Below, in pieces: positions 13,057 through 21,850 of a stretch of 64,000 nucleotides of DNA. The stretch is from Acidobacteriota bacterium (GTDB lineage Bacteria; Acidobacteriota; Thermoanaerobaculia; Gp7-AA8): contig JAFATB010000019.1 of assembly GCA_019244185.1 (NCBI GenBank), forward strand, positions 30,525-94,524. The letters run 5' to 3'. A program made the position numbers and the translations under genes. The notes under the pieces are model-generated. The model was not told the origin of the DNA, made no database searches, and saw only the letters and a list, made by a program, of their open reading frames with translations. Every line of letters starts with the position of its first letter. Position 1 is the first letter of the stretch.

Positions 13057-14297
13057 GCGCGGTGATAGAGACCAAATCGACCTACGACGTCGCGGCGGTC
13101 CGCCGCGACTTCCCCATCCTCGCGCGCGACGTGCGCGGCAAACGCCTCGTCTATCTCGACAACGCGGCCACGACGCAGAAGCCGCGGCAGGTGATCGATC
13201 GCCTCGTGCGCTATTACTCGGAAGAGAACTCGAACGTGCACCGCGGCGTGCACTACCTCTCCGAGCTGGCCACGCTCGAGTACGAGAACGCGCGCGCGTA
13301 CATCCGCCGCTTCCTCAACGCGCGCGACGAGAAAGAGATCGTCTTCACGCGCGGCACGACCGAGTCGATCAACCTCGTCGCGCAGACGTGGGGCCGCGCG
13401 AACGTGCGCGAAGGCGACGAGATCCTCATCTCCGCCATCGAGCATCACTCGAACATCGTGCCGTGGCAGATGCTCTGCGCCGAGAAACAGGCGTCGCTAC
13501 GTATCATCCCGGTCTTCGACAACGGCGAGCTCGATCTCGACGCGTACGAGCGCATGCTGAATCCGCGCGTGAAGCTCGTCGCGGTCGGCCACGCGTCGAA
13601 CGCCCTCGGCACGATCAATCCGCTGCGGCGCATCATCGGCGCGGCGCACGCGAACGGCTCGCTCGTCCTCGTCGACGGCGCGCAGGGCGTACCGCATCTC
13701 ACCGTCGATCTGCAGGCGCTCGACTGCGACTTCTACGCGTTCTCCGGCCACAAGGTCTACGGACCGACCGGCATCGGCGTGCTGTACGGCAAGCAGGAGC
13801 TGCTCGAGGCGATGCCGCCGTGGCAGGGCGGCGGCGACATGATCCTCTCGGTCTCGTTCGAGAAGACGACGTACAACGCGCTGCCATACAAGTTCGAAGC
13901 CGGCACGCCGAACATCGCCGGCGCGATCGGCCTCGCCGCCGCATTGCAGTACGTCGCCTCGATCGGCCTCGATGCGATCGCCGCATACGAACACGAGCTG
14001 CTCGTCTACGCGGCGGCGCGCCTCCAGGAAATCGAAGGGCTCCGCCTCATCGGCACCGCGCGCGGGAAGGCGGCCGTGATCTCGTTCGTGCTCGAAGGCG
14101 TGCATCCGCACGACATCGGCACGGTGCTCGATCAGGAAGGCATCGCCGTGCGCACGGGACATCACTGCGCGCAGCCGCTCATGATGCGTTTCAACGTGCC
14201 CGCGACCGGACGCGCGTCGTTCGGCCTCTACAACACGCGCGAGGAAGCGGACGCGCTCGTCGCCGGCCTGCACAAAGTCATCGAGGTGTTTCGTTAA
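13053..14297 (+). CDS. sufS: Cysteine desulfurase SufS
   Basis: YLDNAATTQKP, EHHSNIVPW, FSGHK, RTGHHCA. Confidence 0.97.
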   Translation: MSAVIETKSTYDVAAVRRDFPILARDVRGKRLVYLDNAATTQKPRQVIDRLVRYYSEENSNVHRGVHYLSELATLEYENARAYIRRFLNARDEKEIVFTRGTTESINLVAQTWGRANVREGDEILISAIEHHSNIVPWQMLCAEKQASLRIIPVFDNGELDLDAYERMLNPRVKLVAVGHASNALGTINPLRRIIGAAHANGSLVLVDGAQGVPHLTVDLQALDCDFYAFSGHKVYGPTGIGVLYGKQELLEAMPPWQGGGDMILSVSFEKTTYNALPYKFEAGTPNIAGAIGLAAALQYVASIGLDAIAAYEHELLVYAAARLQEIEGLRLIGTARGKAAVISFVLEGVHPHDIGTVLDQEGIAVRTGHHCAQPLMMRFNVPATGRASFGLYNTREEADALVAGLHKVIEVFR

Positions 14298-14746
14298 TGT
14301 CCGATCTGCGCGAGCTCTACCAACAGGTCATCCTCGACCACAACAAGAATCCGCGGAACTTTCACGCGATGCCGGATGCGTCGCGCACCGTCGACGGGTA
14401 CAACCCGCTCTGCGGCGATCACTACACGATCTTCCTGCGCCTCGACGGCGAAACGATCCGCGAGGTGAGCTTCACCGGCAGCGGCTGCGCGATCTCGAAA
14501 GCGTCCGCGTCCGTGATGAGCTCCACCGTCAAAGGGAAATCGAAGGAAGAAGCGGGACAGCTGTTCGACACGTTCCATCGCCTCGTCACCGGCGACGCGA
14601 GCGGGCTCAGCGCGGCAGAACTGGGGCGCCTCGCCGCGTTCTCAGGAGTGAGTGAGTTTCCGGCTCGCGTGAAGTGCGCGACTCTGGCTTGGCATACGCT
14701 CAGGAGCGCGCTCGAAGGCACCGAGGAAAAGGTCAGCACCGAATGA
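14297..14746 (+). CDS. sufU: SUF system NifU-family sulfur-transfer protein SufU
   Basis: LYQQVILDH, NPLCGD, GCAIS, RVKCATLAW. Confidence 0.95.
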   Translation: MSDLRELYQQVILDHNKNPRNFHAMPDASRTVDGYNPLCGDHYTIFLRLDGETIREVSFTGSGCAISKASASVMSSTVKGKSKEEAGQLFDTFHRLVTGDASGLSAAELGRLAAFSGVSEFPARVKCATLAWHTLRSALEGTEEKVSTE

Positions 14747-15291
14747 GAGAAGAAGTCACGTTCAGCCGCAACGCCGAAGCCATCATGATCCCCAGCGGGG
14801 AACGCGTCCTCGTGCCTCAGGGCTCGCAGGCCACCATCACGCAAGCCCTCGGCGGCGCATTCACCCTCATCACCGAGCGCGGCCTCATGGTCCGCATCTC
14901 CGGCAAGGAAGTCGAAGCCATCGGCAAGGAGCCGCAGGAGTCGAACGAGATCAAGCCCGAGGATCTGACGCCGGAGAAGATCGAGTCGATGGTGTGGGAA
15001 GCGCTCAAGACCTGCTACGACCCGGAGATCCCGGTCAACATCGTCGACCTCGGCCTCGTCTATCTCTGCGAGCTGCAGGAGGGCGAAGAGGGCGGGAAGA
15101 AGGTGCACGTGAAGATGACGCTCACCGCACCCGGCTGCGGCATGGGTCCGGTGCTCGCCAGTGACGTGCGGATGAAGCTCGAAGCGCTGCCCGGCGTGAA
15201 GCAAGCCGACGTCGAAGTCGTCTTCGATCCGGTGTGGGACCGCAGCATGATGAGCGAGGCCGCGCGCCTGCAGCTCGGCATGATGTGGTGA
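14743..15291 (+). CDS. sufT: Fe-S assembly protein SufT (DUF59)
   Basis: DPEIPVNIVDLGLVY, MTLTAPGCGMG, MSEAARLQLG. Confidence 0.93.
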   Translation: MREEVTFSRNAEAIMIPSGERVLVPQGSQATITQALGGAFTLITERGLMVRISGKEVEAIGKEPQESNEIKPEDLTPEKIESMVWEALKTCYDPEIPVNIVDLGLVYLCELQEGEEGGKKVHVKMTLTAPGCGMGPVLASDVRMKLEALPGVKQADVEVVFDPVWDRSMMSEAARLQLGMMW

Positions 15292-15298
15292 CGCGCCG

Positions 15299-17455
15299 TC
15301 AGGCGAGCAGCTGCTTGAGGTACGCGGCCACCTCGCGTCCGTTCTCGTCCCAGTAGTGCGTGTGCGCACCCGCGCCGCAGCAGAAGTCCGTGCAGCCGTC
15401 GACCGCATTCGGATTGCTGCGGATCCAAAGGCGCGCGTTCGCGTCGCCCGTCCACATGTTCCGCCCGACGTAGTCGCCGCTGCGATACGTGTTCGCCCAT
15501 TCCTGCAGCGTGAGCGTGGTCGGATCGGGCGCGGTCAGCTGCGGGGCGGCGCCGTGGATCCAATCGTAGAGGTGCGGGAACGCCTGCGCGTAGATCTGCC
15601 GCAGCGGCGAGCCCATCGTGAAGAGACGCAGCGGAATGTGCTGCGGGTGCGTGTCGTCGTTGATCAGTCGCAGCTTCGCGTCAGGACGCGCGTTGAGATA
15701 GCGCAGCACGTCAGCCGAGATGACGGTGCCCTGGCTGTGCGCGACGATCACGATGCGGTCGTACGGCCGTCCGTCCGCGTCGCGCCATTCGCAGAGATGC
15801 CGCAGCAGCGAGACGTAGCGCTCCGCGATGCGCGCGCGCGGCGTGGCGTTGGCGGGACTCTGGCGCATGTAGTTGTCGATGTCGAGCACGACGTCGACCG
15901 CCGCGCGGAACGTGCCGATGAAGTACTTGCTGGTGAGGAGTAGCGCGATGATGGCGGCGGTGCCGCTGAGCAGCGTCAGACGCCATGGGTCGAGGAACTG
16001 CATCCCTCCGGTAATCGCAACCACCAGCACGAAGACCAAGGCGAACGTGAAGGATTCCGCCACGCGCACGATCCAGCGCATCCCGGCGGTGAGCCAGTCG
16101 CCGAGTTGTTCCGATTCCACATCGCCTGACGTGTGCGGGTGTCGCAACTCGGCGACGATCGATGGCCCTGTCGCCACGAGCACGGTGACGATGAACAAAA
16201 ACATCGCGAGCGTGTAGAACTCGAGTCCGCGCGCACTCTGCTTCAGCATGTCGCCGAGGTGGTCGGACACCGACACGACCGGAGCAACGCGCCCGATCGA
16301 CTGGACGAGCAGGTCCCAAATCGCCAGCGTGAACAGGACGAATACCGCCGCCGGCATGCCGAGGCTGAAGCGCGCGGTCCACGCAGCGGCACGCGCCTGG
16401 TCCCGCTGGTTTCGCGGGGTCATGCGAACGGCAACAACGCCCGCGATCGCGGCGAGCGTCGCCGTGAGGAAGAAAAGAGCCCAAGCGACACCGACAGCCG
16501 GGAAAAGAAGCCGTCCCGCATCCACCGTGGCGATATATACGTCGGCTTTGCTCGAAGCGTACGTGCCGATGAGGAACACGATCGTCACGCCTGCCGCGAC
16601 GAGCGCCGCGGCGACGCCGAACGCGACCGCGCCGTTCTTCATCTGCTGATAGCTGATCGCTACACCAATGCACGCACCGGCGGCGATGACCGCCGCTTCG
16701 ATCGCGAGCACGAGATAGGGGTTCCGGCCGTGCACGAGCAACCATGTGACGGTCGCCGCAACGATGACGATCGGCAACCACCAGCGCCACAGCAGCGGCG
16801 CGGTCGCGCGCTTGCACATGACGAGCAGCGCGATGCCGGCGAGGATCACCGTCCCCGCCACGAGCGTCGCGGGCTTCTGATACGCCTCCGGCAGTTCCGC
16901 CGACGCGACGACGAGCACCAGCGAGAACAGCACGAGATTCAGCAGCGCCGCCGGCACGGTGAGCAGCCACACCGCGAAGGTCTGCAGCAGCACCGCGATC
17001 CTCCACGGCCGCCGGTTGTTCTGTGCGGACGACGCGGCCTGCAGCGAGTTCCGGCCGAGGCTCGGCAGGTGCAGGATCAATTGATAGACCTCGGCGATCA
17101 ACCGGTACCACGTCTCGCCCGCGCGCGAGAGATCGGCCCAGTACATCTCGTACACGTGCACTGGCGCCGTGTCGTCGATGCGCCGCCCTTCGAGACGCAC
17201 CGTTTCGTAGACCGCGGCCGTATCCGCCCGCGGATAGTCTTTGAGTTGCTCGTACATGTACTGGAGGCCCGCGGGCGACTCGATCTCGTCGCCGGGCTCG
17301 AGCCGCGCCCGCGAGACGCGCAGCGACACTTCGCTGAACGAGCTGTACGCCTCGTCGTGACAGAGCAGATCGGCGACGGCGCGCGCCGACTCGGCCGGCT
17401 TCTGGTCCGCGACTCCGTGAACTGCGACCACTGCGACAGCCTTCGGCTTCGGCAT
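15299..17455 (-). CDS. Polytopic membrane protein with split alpha/beta-hydrolase-like motifs
   Basis: N-terminal VHGV, about 10 hydrophobic segments, then AHSQG, TMGSPL, DYVG, AHTHYW; SD GAGGTG before ATG 17455. Confidence 0.7.
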   Translation of the reverse strand: MPKPKAVAVVAVHGVADQKPAESARAVADLLCHDEAYSSFSEVSLRVSRARLEPGDEIESPAGLQYMYEQLKDYPRADTAAVYETVRLEGRRIDDTAPVHVYEMYWADLSRAGETWYRLIAEVYQLILHLPSLGRNSLQAASSAQNNRRPWRIAVLLQTFAVWLLTVPAALLNLVLFSLVLVVASAELPEAYQKPATLVAGTVILAGIALLVMCKRATAPLLWRWWLPIVIVAATVTWLLVHGRNPYLVLAIEAAVIAAGACIGVAISYQQMKNGAVAFGVAAALVAAGVTIVFLIGTYASSKADVYIATVDAGRLLFPAVGVAWALFFLTATLAAIAGVVAVRMTPRNQRDQARAAAWTARFSLGMPAAVFVLFTLAIWDLLVQSIGRVAPVVSVSDHLGDMLKQSARGLEFYTLAMFLFIVTVLVATGPSIVAELRHPHTSGDVESEQLGDWLTAGMRWIVRVAESFTFALVFVLVVAITGGMQFLDPWRLTLLSGTAAIIALLLTSKYFIGTFRAAVDVVLDIDNYMRQSPANATPRARIAERYVSLLRHLCEWRDADGRPYDRIVIVAHSQGTVISADVLRYLNARPDAKLRLINDDTHPQHIPLRLFTMGSPLRQIYAQAFPHLYDWIHGAAPQLTAPDPTTLTLQEWANTYRSGDYVGRNMWTGDANARLWIRSNPNAVDGCTDFCCGAGAHTHYWDENGREVAAYLKQLLA

Positions 17456-17580
17456 GGCGTTCACCTCGATTTTTGCGATGTCCTTGCGCTTGTAGGGAGG
17501 GACACAAGTGTACTTCTCCCCCGCTGCGGAAGGAGGGGCGGCGGTACAATGCGCCGATCTCATCCAATCCGGAGCAGCGA

Positions 17581-18177
17581 ATGGCGTTTTGCGCGTACTG
17601 TGGAACTCAGGTCGCCGCGGTGTCGTACGCCGCGTGTGCGACGTGCGGCAATTCGACGAACGGCGCGCCGCGGCCGCAGGTGCCGGCGGGCGGCTCGAAC
17701 GTGGCCACGATCGCCATCATCGTGATCGTCATTGGCGTGTTCTTCGTCGCGATCGCCGGCATTCTCGCGGCGATCGCGGTGCCCAATTTCCTTACGGCGA
17801 TGCAGCGAGCGAAGCAGAAGCGGACGATGGCCGACATGCGCGCGCTCGCGATCGCGGTGGAGGCATACGCGACGGATCACAACGTGTATCCGCGCGCCGA
17901 GGACCTCACCTCGCTCCAGTCCGTGCTCACGCCGACGTACGTCAAAGCCATGCCGAAGACCGACGCCTGGGACCATCCGCTGCGCTACCAATGCTGGCCC
18001 GAGCCGCAGTGCCAGACGTACTCGGTCGGCAGCGCCGGCAAAGACGGGCGATGGGAGCACGAGTCGCTGCAGGACTACGACGCGAGGAGCGGCGGCGCGA
18101 CCACGAAGTTCGACTGCGACATCGTCTTCACGAACGGCTCGTTCGTGCAGTATCCCGAAGGCGTGCAGGTGAAATAG
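17581..18177 (+). CDS. Zinc-ribbon + GspG/PulG-like pseudopilin-domain protein
   Basis: CAYC..CATC head; GILAAIAVPNF..RAKQKRTMADMRAL; DAWDHP..SAGKDG T2SSG-like motif. Confidence 0.8.
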   Translation: MAFCAYCGTQVAAVSYAACATCGNSTNGAPRPQVPAGGSNVATIAIIVIVIGVFFVAIAGILAAIAVPNFLTAMQRAKQKRTMADMRALAIAVEAYATDHNVYPRAEDLTSLQSVLTPTYVKAMPKTDAWDHPLRYQCWPEPQCQTYSVGSAGKDGRWEHESLQDYDARSGGATTKFDCDIVFTNGSFVQYPEGVQVK

Positions 18178-18179
18178 CC

Positions 18180-18515
18180 ATGTACTGCACGAACTGCGGA
18201 CATCAACGCGCCGACGCCGACCTCACGTGCACGCAATGCGGAGCGCGCGTGCGCACCTTCCCGCCGCCGCCCGTCATCCCGAACTATCTCGTGCAGTCGA
18301 TTCTGGTCACGCTCTGCTGCTGCCTGCCGGCCGGCATCGTGGCCATCGTCTTCAGCGCGCAGGTGAACTCGAAGCTCGCCGCAGGCGACGTCGCCGGAGC
18401 GAAGGCGGCCTCGCAGAACGCGAAGACCTGGGCCTGGGTGGCGTTCGGCGTCGGAGTCGCGATCGCGCTCGTCAAAGTCGTACTCGTCGCCATCGCGGCG
18501 ATGCACAATGGTTGA
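18180..18515 (+). CDS. Zinc-ribbon + CD225/dispanin (IFITM-like) membrane protein
   Basis: CTNC..CTQC; IPNYLVQSILVTLCCCLPAGIVAIVFSAQVN..GDVAGA..S..AKTW. Confidence 0.88.
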   Translation: MYCTNCGHQRADADLTCTQCGARVRTFPPPPVIPNYLVQSILVTLCCCLPAGIVAIVFSAQVNSKLAAGDVAGAKAASQNAKTWAWVAFGVGVAIALVKVVLVAIAAMHNG

Positions 18516-18531
18516 AGGAGAACAACGAGCC

Positions 18532-18978
18532 GTGAATTGTCCGAACTGCGGAACGACGAACCTCGACAACGCAACGCTCTGCATCAACTGCGGACGCCCG
18601 CTCACCACCGCGAGCGCAGCGCCTCCACAGCCGCCGGTGCAGTCGTACACGCCGCCCCCGCCACCGCCTCCCGGCGGCTCGCCGGGGATGGCGCCGCCGA
18701 TGCCCGGCATGATGCCCGGCCCGGTGATTCCGAACTATCTCGTGCACTCGATCATCGCCACGCTCTGCTGCTGTCTGCCCCTCGGCATCGTCGCGATCAT
18801 CTTCTCCGCGCAGGTGAATCAGAAGCTCGCCATCGGCGACGTGGCCGGCGCGCAAGAAGCGTCGAACAAGGCCAAGCTCTTCTGCTGGATCTCGTTCGGC
18901 ATCGGCATCGTCGGCATCGCGCTGGCCTTCCTGATCAACGGAGCGGCGTTCCTTGCGGCGCTTCACAATCATATGTAG
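18532..18978 (+). CDS. Zinc-ribbon + proline-rich + CD225/dispanin membrane protein (paralog of previous gene)
   Basis: CPNC..CINC; IPNYLVHSIIATLCCCLPLGIVAIIFSAQVN..GDVAGA; SD AAGGAG before GTG 18532. Confidence 0.88.
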   Translation: MNCPNCGTTNLDNATLCINCGRPLTTASAAPPQPPVQSYTPPPPPPPGGSPGMAPPMPGMMPGPVIPNYLVHSIIATLCCCLPLGIVAIIFSAQVNQKLAIGDVAGAQEASNKAKLFCWISFGIGIVGIALAFLINGAAFLAALHNHM

Positions 18979-19318
18979 CAGCGCGATCGCGGCGGCGGGC
19001 GCGTGGGTGGTCTACACCTTCGCGCCCGCGGGCAACGCGTGGTTCCCGCAGTGCGTCTTTCATCAGCTGACGGGCCTCGACTGCCCCGGCTGCGGCTCGA
19101 CGCGCGCGCTGCATGCGCTGCTGCACGGCGACGTCGCCGCGGCGTGGCGCTTCAATCCGATTCTGTTCGTGTTCGCGGCGGTCGCGCTGTGCGCCGTGCC
19201 GAGCCTCGCGCGCGGCGAGGAGCCGCGCTTCTACAAGACGCCGTGGTTCGGCTGGACGAGCGTCGTCGTGGTGACCGGCTACTGGATCGTGCGGAACACG
19301 CCGCTCTGGCCGTACTGA
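18953..19318 (+). CDS. DUF2752 family membrane protein
   Basis: CVFHQLTGLDCPGCGSTRA..LLHGD..A..FNP..RN signature. Confidence 0.9.
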   Translation: MRRFTIICSSAIAAAGAWVVYTFAPAGNAWFPQCVFHQLTGLDCPGCGSTRALHALLHGDVAAAWRFNPILFVFAAVALCAVPSLARGEEPRFYKTPWFGWTSVVVVTGYWIVRNTPLWPY

Positions 19319-19332
19319 CTCAGCGCTGAGCG

Positions 19333-19362
19333 GGTGCCGGACGCCGCATGGCATCCGGCACC
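19333..19362. terminator. Hairpin between convergent genes (probable bidirectional terminator)
   Basis: GGTGCCGGACGCC-gcat-GGCATCCGGCACC; no U-tract. Confidence 0.5.
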
Positions 19363-19369
19363 ACGCATC

Positions 19370-19714
19370 TCAGCGATGGTCGTTGAAGAAAGTCCACTGG
19401 CCGACGGGGAAGCCGGCCTTCAGCTGCTGCGCCTGCAGGTAACCGTCGATCGCGCCGGCGATGGCGACCAGTCCCGCGCCCGCGCCGCACGTCGGGATGC
19501 CGATGGCGAAGCAGAGGATGATGGCCACGATGCCTTTCACCTTCTGCCCCATGATGATGTAGCCGACGCCGCCGAAGAGCAGCAGGTTGAGGATCAACAC
19601 GATCACCGGATCCTTCGGCGGAGTGGTCGGATAAACGAGCTCACCGCCGGCTCCGCCCGTGGGCGGCGTGGCGGGCGGCGGCGTGTACGGCGGAGGAGGA
19701 GGAACGGAAGTCAT
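19370..19714 (-). CDS. Small Pro-rich membrane protein, TM2-like
   Basis: KDPVIVLILNLLLFGGVGYIIMGQKVKGI..TCG..IDGY. Confidence 0.65.
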   Translation of the reverse strand: MTSVPPPPPYTPPPATPPTGGAGGELVYPTTPPKDPVIVLILNLLLFGGVGYIIMGQKVKGIVAIILCFAIGIPTCGAGAGLVAIAGAIDGYLQAQQLKAGFPVGQWTFFNDHR

Positions 19715-19723
19715 CGCGTCTCC

Positions 19724-20158
19724 TTACATCTTCTCGGCGAAGTCGGTGATGACCGGGATGCGATAGCGCTGGCCGCCGACGGCCTTGACGATGCAGATGA
19801 TGCTGATGACGAGGAAGGCGCACCAGACGATGCAGCTCAACGCACTAATGCCGCAACTGAGGACGCCGCGAAGAACGATGCCGAGGATCAGCAATACGAT
19901 CCACACGACGATTTCCGCGCCGAACAGCGCCACGCCGTTCTTGGCGTGCCACTGCACTTCGGGATCATCTTTCTTCGCGAAGAACGGCACCAGCGACAGG
20001 ATGCCGAGGTACGAGAGCACGAGCCAGAGCGTGCGGTCGGAGCTGGCGCCCGGAGTCGGCGTGTAGCCGCCCGGTGGCGGCGGCGGAGGCGTGTACGACC
20101 CACCTCCCGGAGGCGGGGGCGTGGCGGGCGGGATCGTGGGCGGAGGAATCTCGCTCAT
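19724..20158 (-). CDS. DUF4870-like membrane protein with Pro-rich N-terminus
   Basis: LSYLGILSLVPF..VQWHAKNG..IVKAVGGQRYRIPVI; SD AAGGAG. Confidence 0.75.
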   Translation of the reverse strand: MSEIPPPTIPPATPPPPGGGSYTPPPPPPGGYTPTPGASSDRTLWLVLSYLGILSLVPFFAKKDDPEVQWHAKNGVALFGAEIVVWIVLLILGIVLRGVLSCGISALSCIVWCAFLVISIICIVKAVGGQRYRIPVITDFAEKM

Positions 20159-20200
20159 TTCATCTCCTTGCGTTCGGCCTGTTTTGGGCGACGCCTGATT

Positions 20201-21850
20201 CTAATCACTTTCGCCGATGCGGGTGAGGCGGCGTTCGGCGGCGAGGATTGGTATCACCGCGAGCAGCGCCGACAGCGTGAGCGCGATCACGAGCGGCGCG
20301 AGAATCACGATGCCGTGCGCGCCGCTGTTCGACACGAGCGTGAAGACGTACTCCATCACCGGCCGCGCCATGAGCAGCATGATCGCCGCGACGTACGCGA
20401 GTGAGACCGCCATGTACGCGAAACCGCCGAGCGAGAGTCCGACCTGCAGCGGGTTCTCCGCGTTGAAGTTCGGCGCGAGCGCGCCGAGTCCGACGCCGAG
20501 ACTCACCAGCGTCACCGCGAGCAGCGACGCGCCGAACAGCGTGAACGCCCACACGACCGGCGCGGCGTCGAGCATCACGTTCGCCACCGCCGTCAGCAGC
20601 AGCGCGAGCAGCGTCAGCGGCGCGGCGTAGACGAGCACCTTCACGACGAGGAACTGCCGGAACGACACCGGCGCCGTCTGCAAAATCCAGAACGCTTTCC
20701 CTTCCGCCGACACCGACGGATACGCGAAGCGCAGACCGATCGCCGCGATGACGAAGCCGGCCATGCCGAGGTTCGCGTAGGCCACGAGCGTCGCGCGGAC
20801 GTCGCCGCCGAGCGGCAGCATGCGGATGTTGTACAGATAAATAAAGAGCAGCGCGCCCATCAGAAAGAACTGCGACCACTGCGCGACGTCGCGCCCGAGC
20901 GTGCGGATCTCCTTGCTCACCATCGCGCGCAGCGGCGGCTCGGCGTTCGCCACCAGCCGGTCGAGCACGCGCGTTGCCCACGCGGAGCCGAGCGCCACCG
21001 GCGCGAGACCTTCACGCGCGCGGACGAACGCGACAAAGTACGTCGCGCGCGCGACGATCGCGAACACCGCGAATGCGACGAGCGCCGTGATCGCGATGCG
21101 CGGCGCGAGCGGAAACGCGTTCGCGTTCGTCATCAGCGTCGCCAGCGACGTGCTCGGATAGAGGTTCATCGACGGCAGCTCGATCGCGCGCAGCACGCGC
21201 CCGACGTCGCCGGTCGAGATCTGCATGAAGAAGCGCTCGGGACGGCTCATGCGGAACGCGATCACGACGCCGGTCAGCACGAGCACCGCGATCGATGCCA
21301 CGATCTGATGCACGCGGCGCACGGGAAACCAGCGGACCAGCAGCAGGATGAGCGTCGACGCGAACGACACCGGGATCGACAGCAGCAGCGCGAGATTGAC
21401 GAGCACGATCGCGTAGAACGACGGCGGCTTCGCGAACTGCCGCGCGAACGCGACGAAGAGCGGAATGAGAAAGAGGTAGACGATGGCCGCGCTCTGCGCG
21501 AGCGTCTTGAGCCAGCGCGCGAGCGCGATGCGCAGCTTGCCGCGCGGCGACGCGTGCTGGATGTCGAGATCGAGATCCGTAAAGTACGCGCCGATGGCCG
21601 CCGTCATCGCCGACGAGAAGAGCACCACGGTCGCCACGAGAAAGACGAGGGCGAGGAGATTGCGCAGCAGTCCGAGGGCGAAGAAGGGCGTCTCGGCTTC
21701 GACTTGAGCGATCGCCCGGAAGAGGCGGCGAAACAGCACGAAGTCGCCGAAGAGGAACGACGCCATCACCGCGAGCACGACGCCGGTGCGCGTCGCGTTC
21801 GCCGCATCGAACGGCCGCAGTCTGGCGAGCGCGAGGCGGAGCGGCCACAT
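20201..21850 (-). CDS. Putative ABC-2-type transporter permease (no ATPase adjacent)
   Basis: About 12 TM segments; KEIRTLGRD and SAEGKAFWILQTAPV motifs. Confidence 0.7.
   Translation of the reverse strand: MWPLRLALARLRPFDAANATRTGVVLAVMASFLFGDFVLFRRLFRAIAQVEAETPFFALGLLRNLLALVFLVATVVLFSSAMTAAIGAYFTDLDLDIQHASPRGKLRIALARWLKTLAQSAAIVYLFLIPLFVAFARQFAKPPSFYAIVLVNLALLLSIPVSFASTLILLLVRWFPVRRVHQIVASIAVLVLTGVVIAFRMSRPERFFMQISTGDVGRVLRAIELPSMNLYPSTSLATLMTNANAFPLAPRIAITALVAFAVFAIVARATYFVAFVRAREGLAPVALGSAWATRVLDRLVANAEPPLRAMVSKEIRTLGRDVAQWSQFFLMGALLFIYLYNIRMLPLGGDVRATLVAYANLGMAGFVIAAIGLRFAYPSVSAEGKAFWILQTAPVSFRQFLVVKVLVYAAPLTLLALLLTAVANVMLDAAPVVWAFTLFGASLLAVTLVSLGVGLGALAPNFNAENPLQVGLSLGGFAYMAVSLAYVAAIMLLMARPVMEYVFTLVSNSGAHGIVILAPLVIALTLSALLAVIPILAAERRLTRIGESD

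Noticed and set aside
17581-18177. Type II secretion or type IV pilus locus
   Set aside because: Single pilin-like gene without cleavage motif; no ATPase, secretin or platform genes
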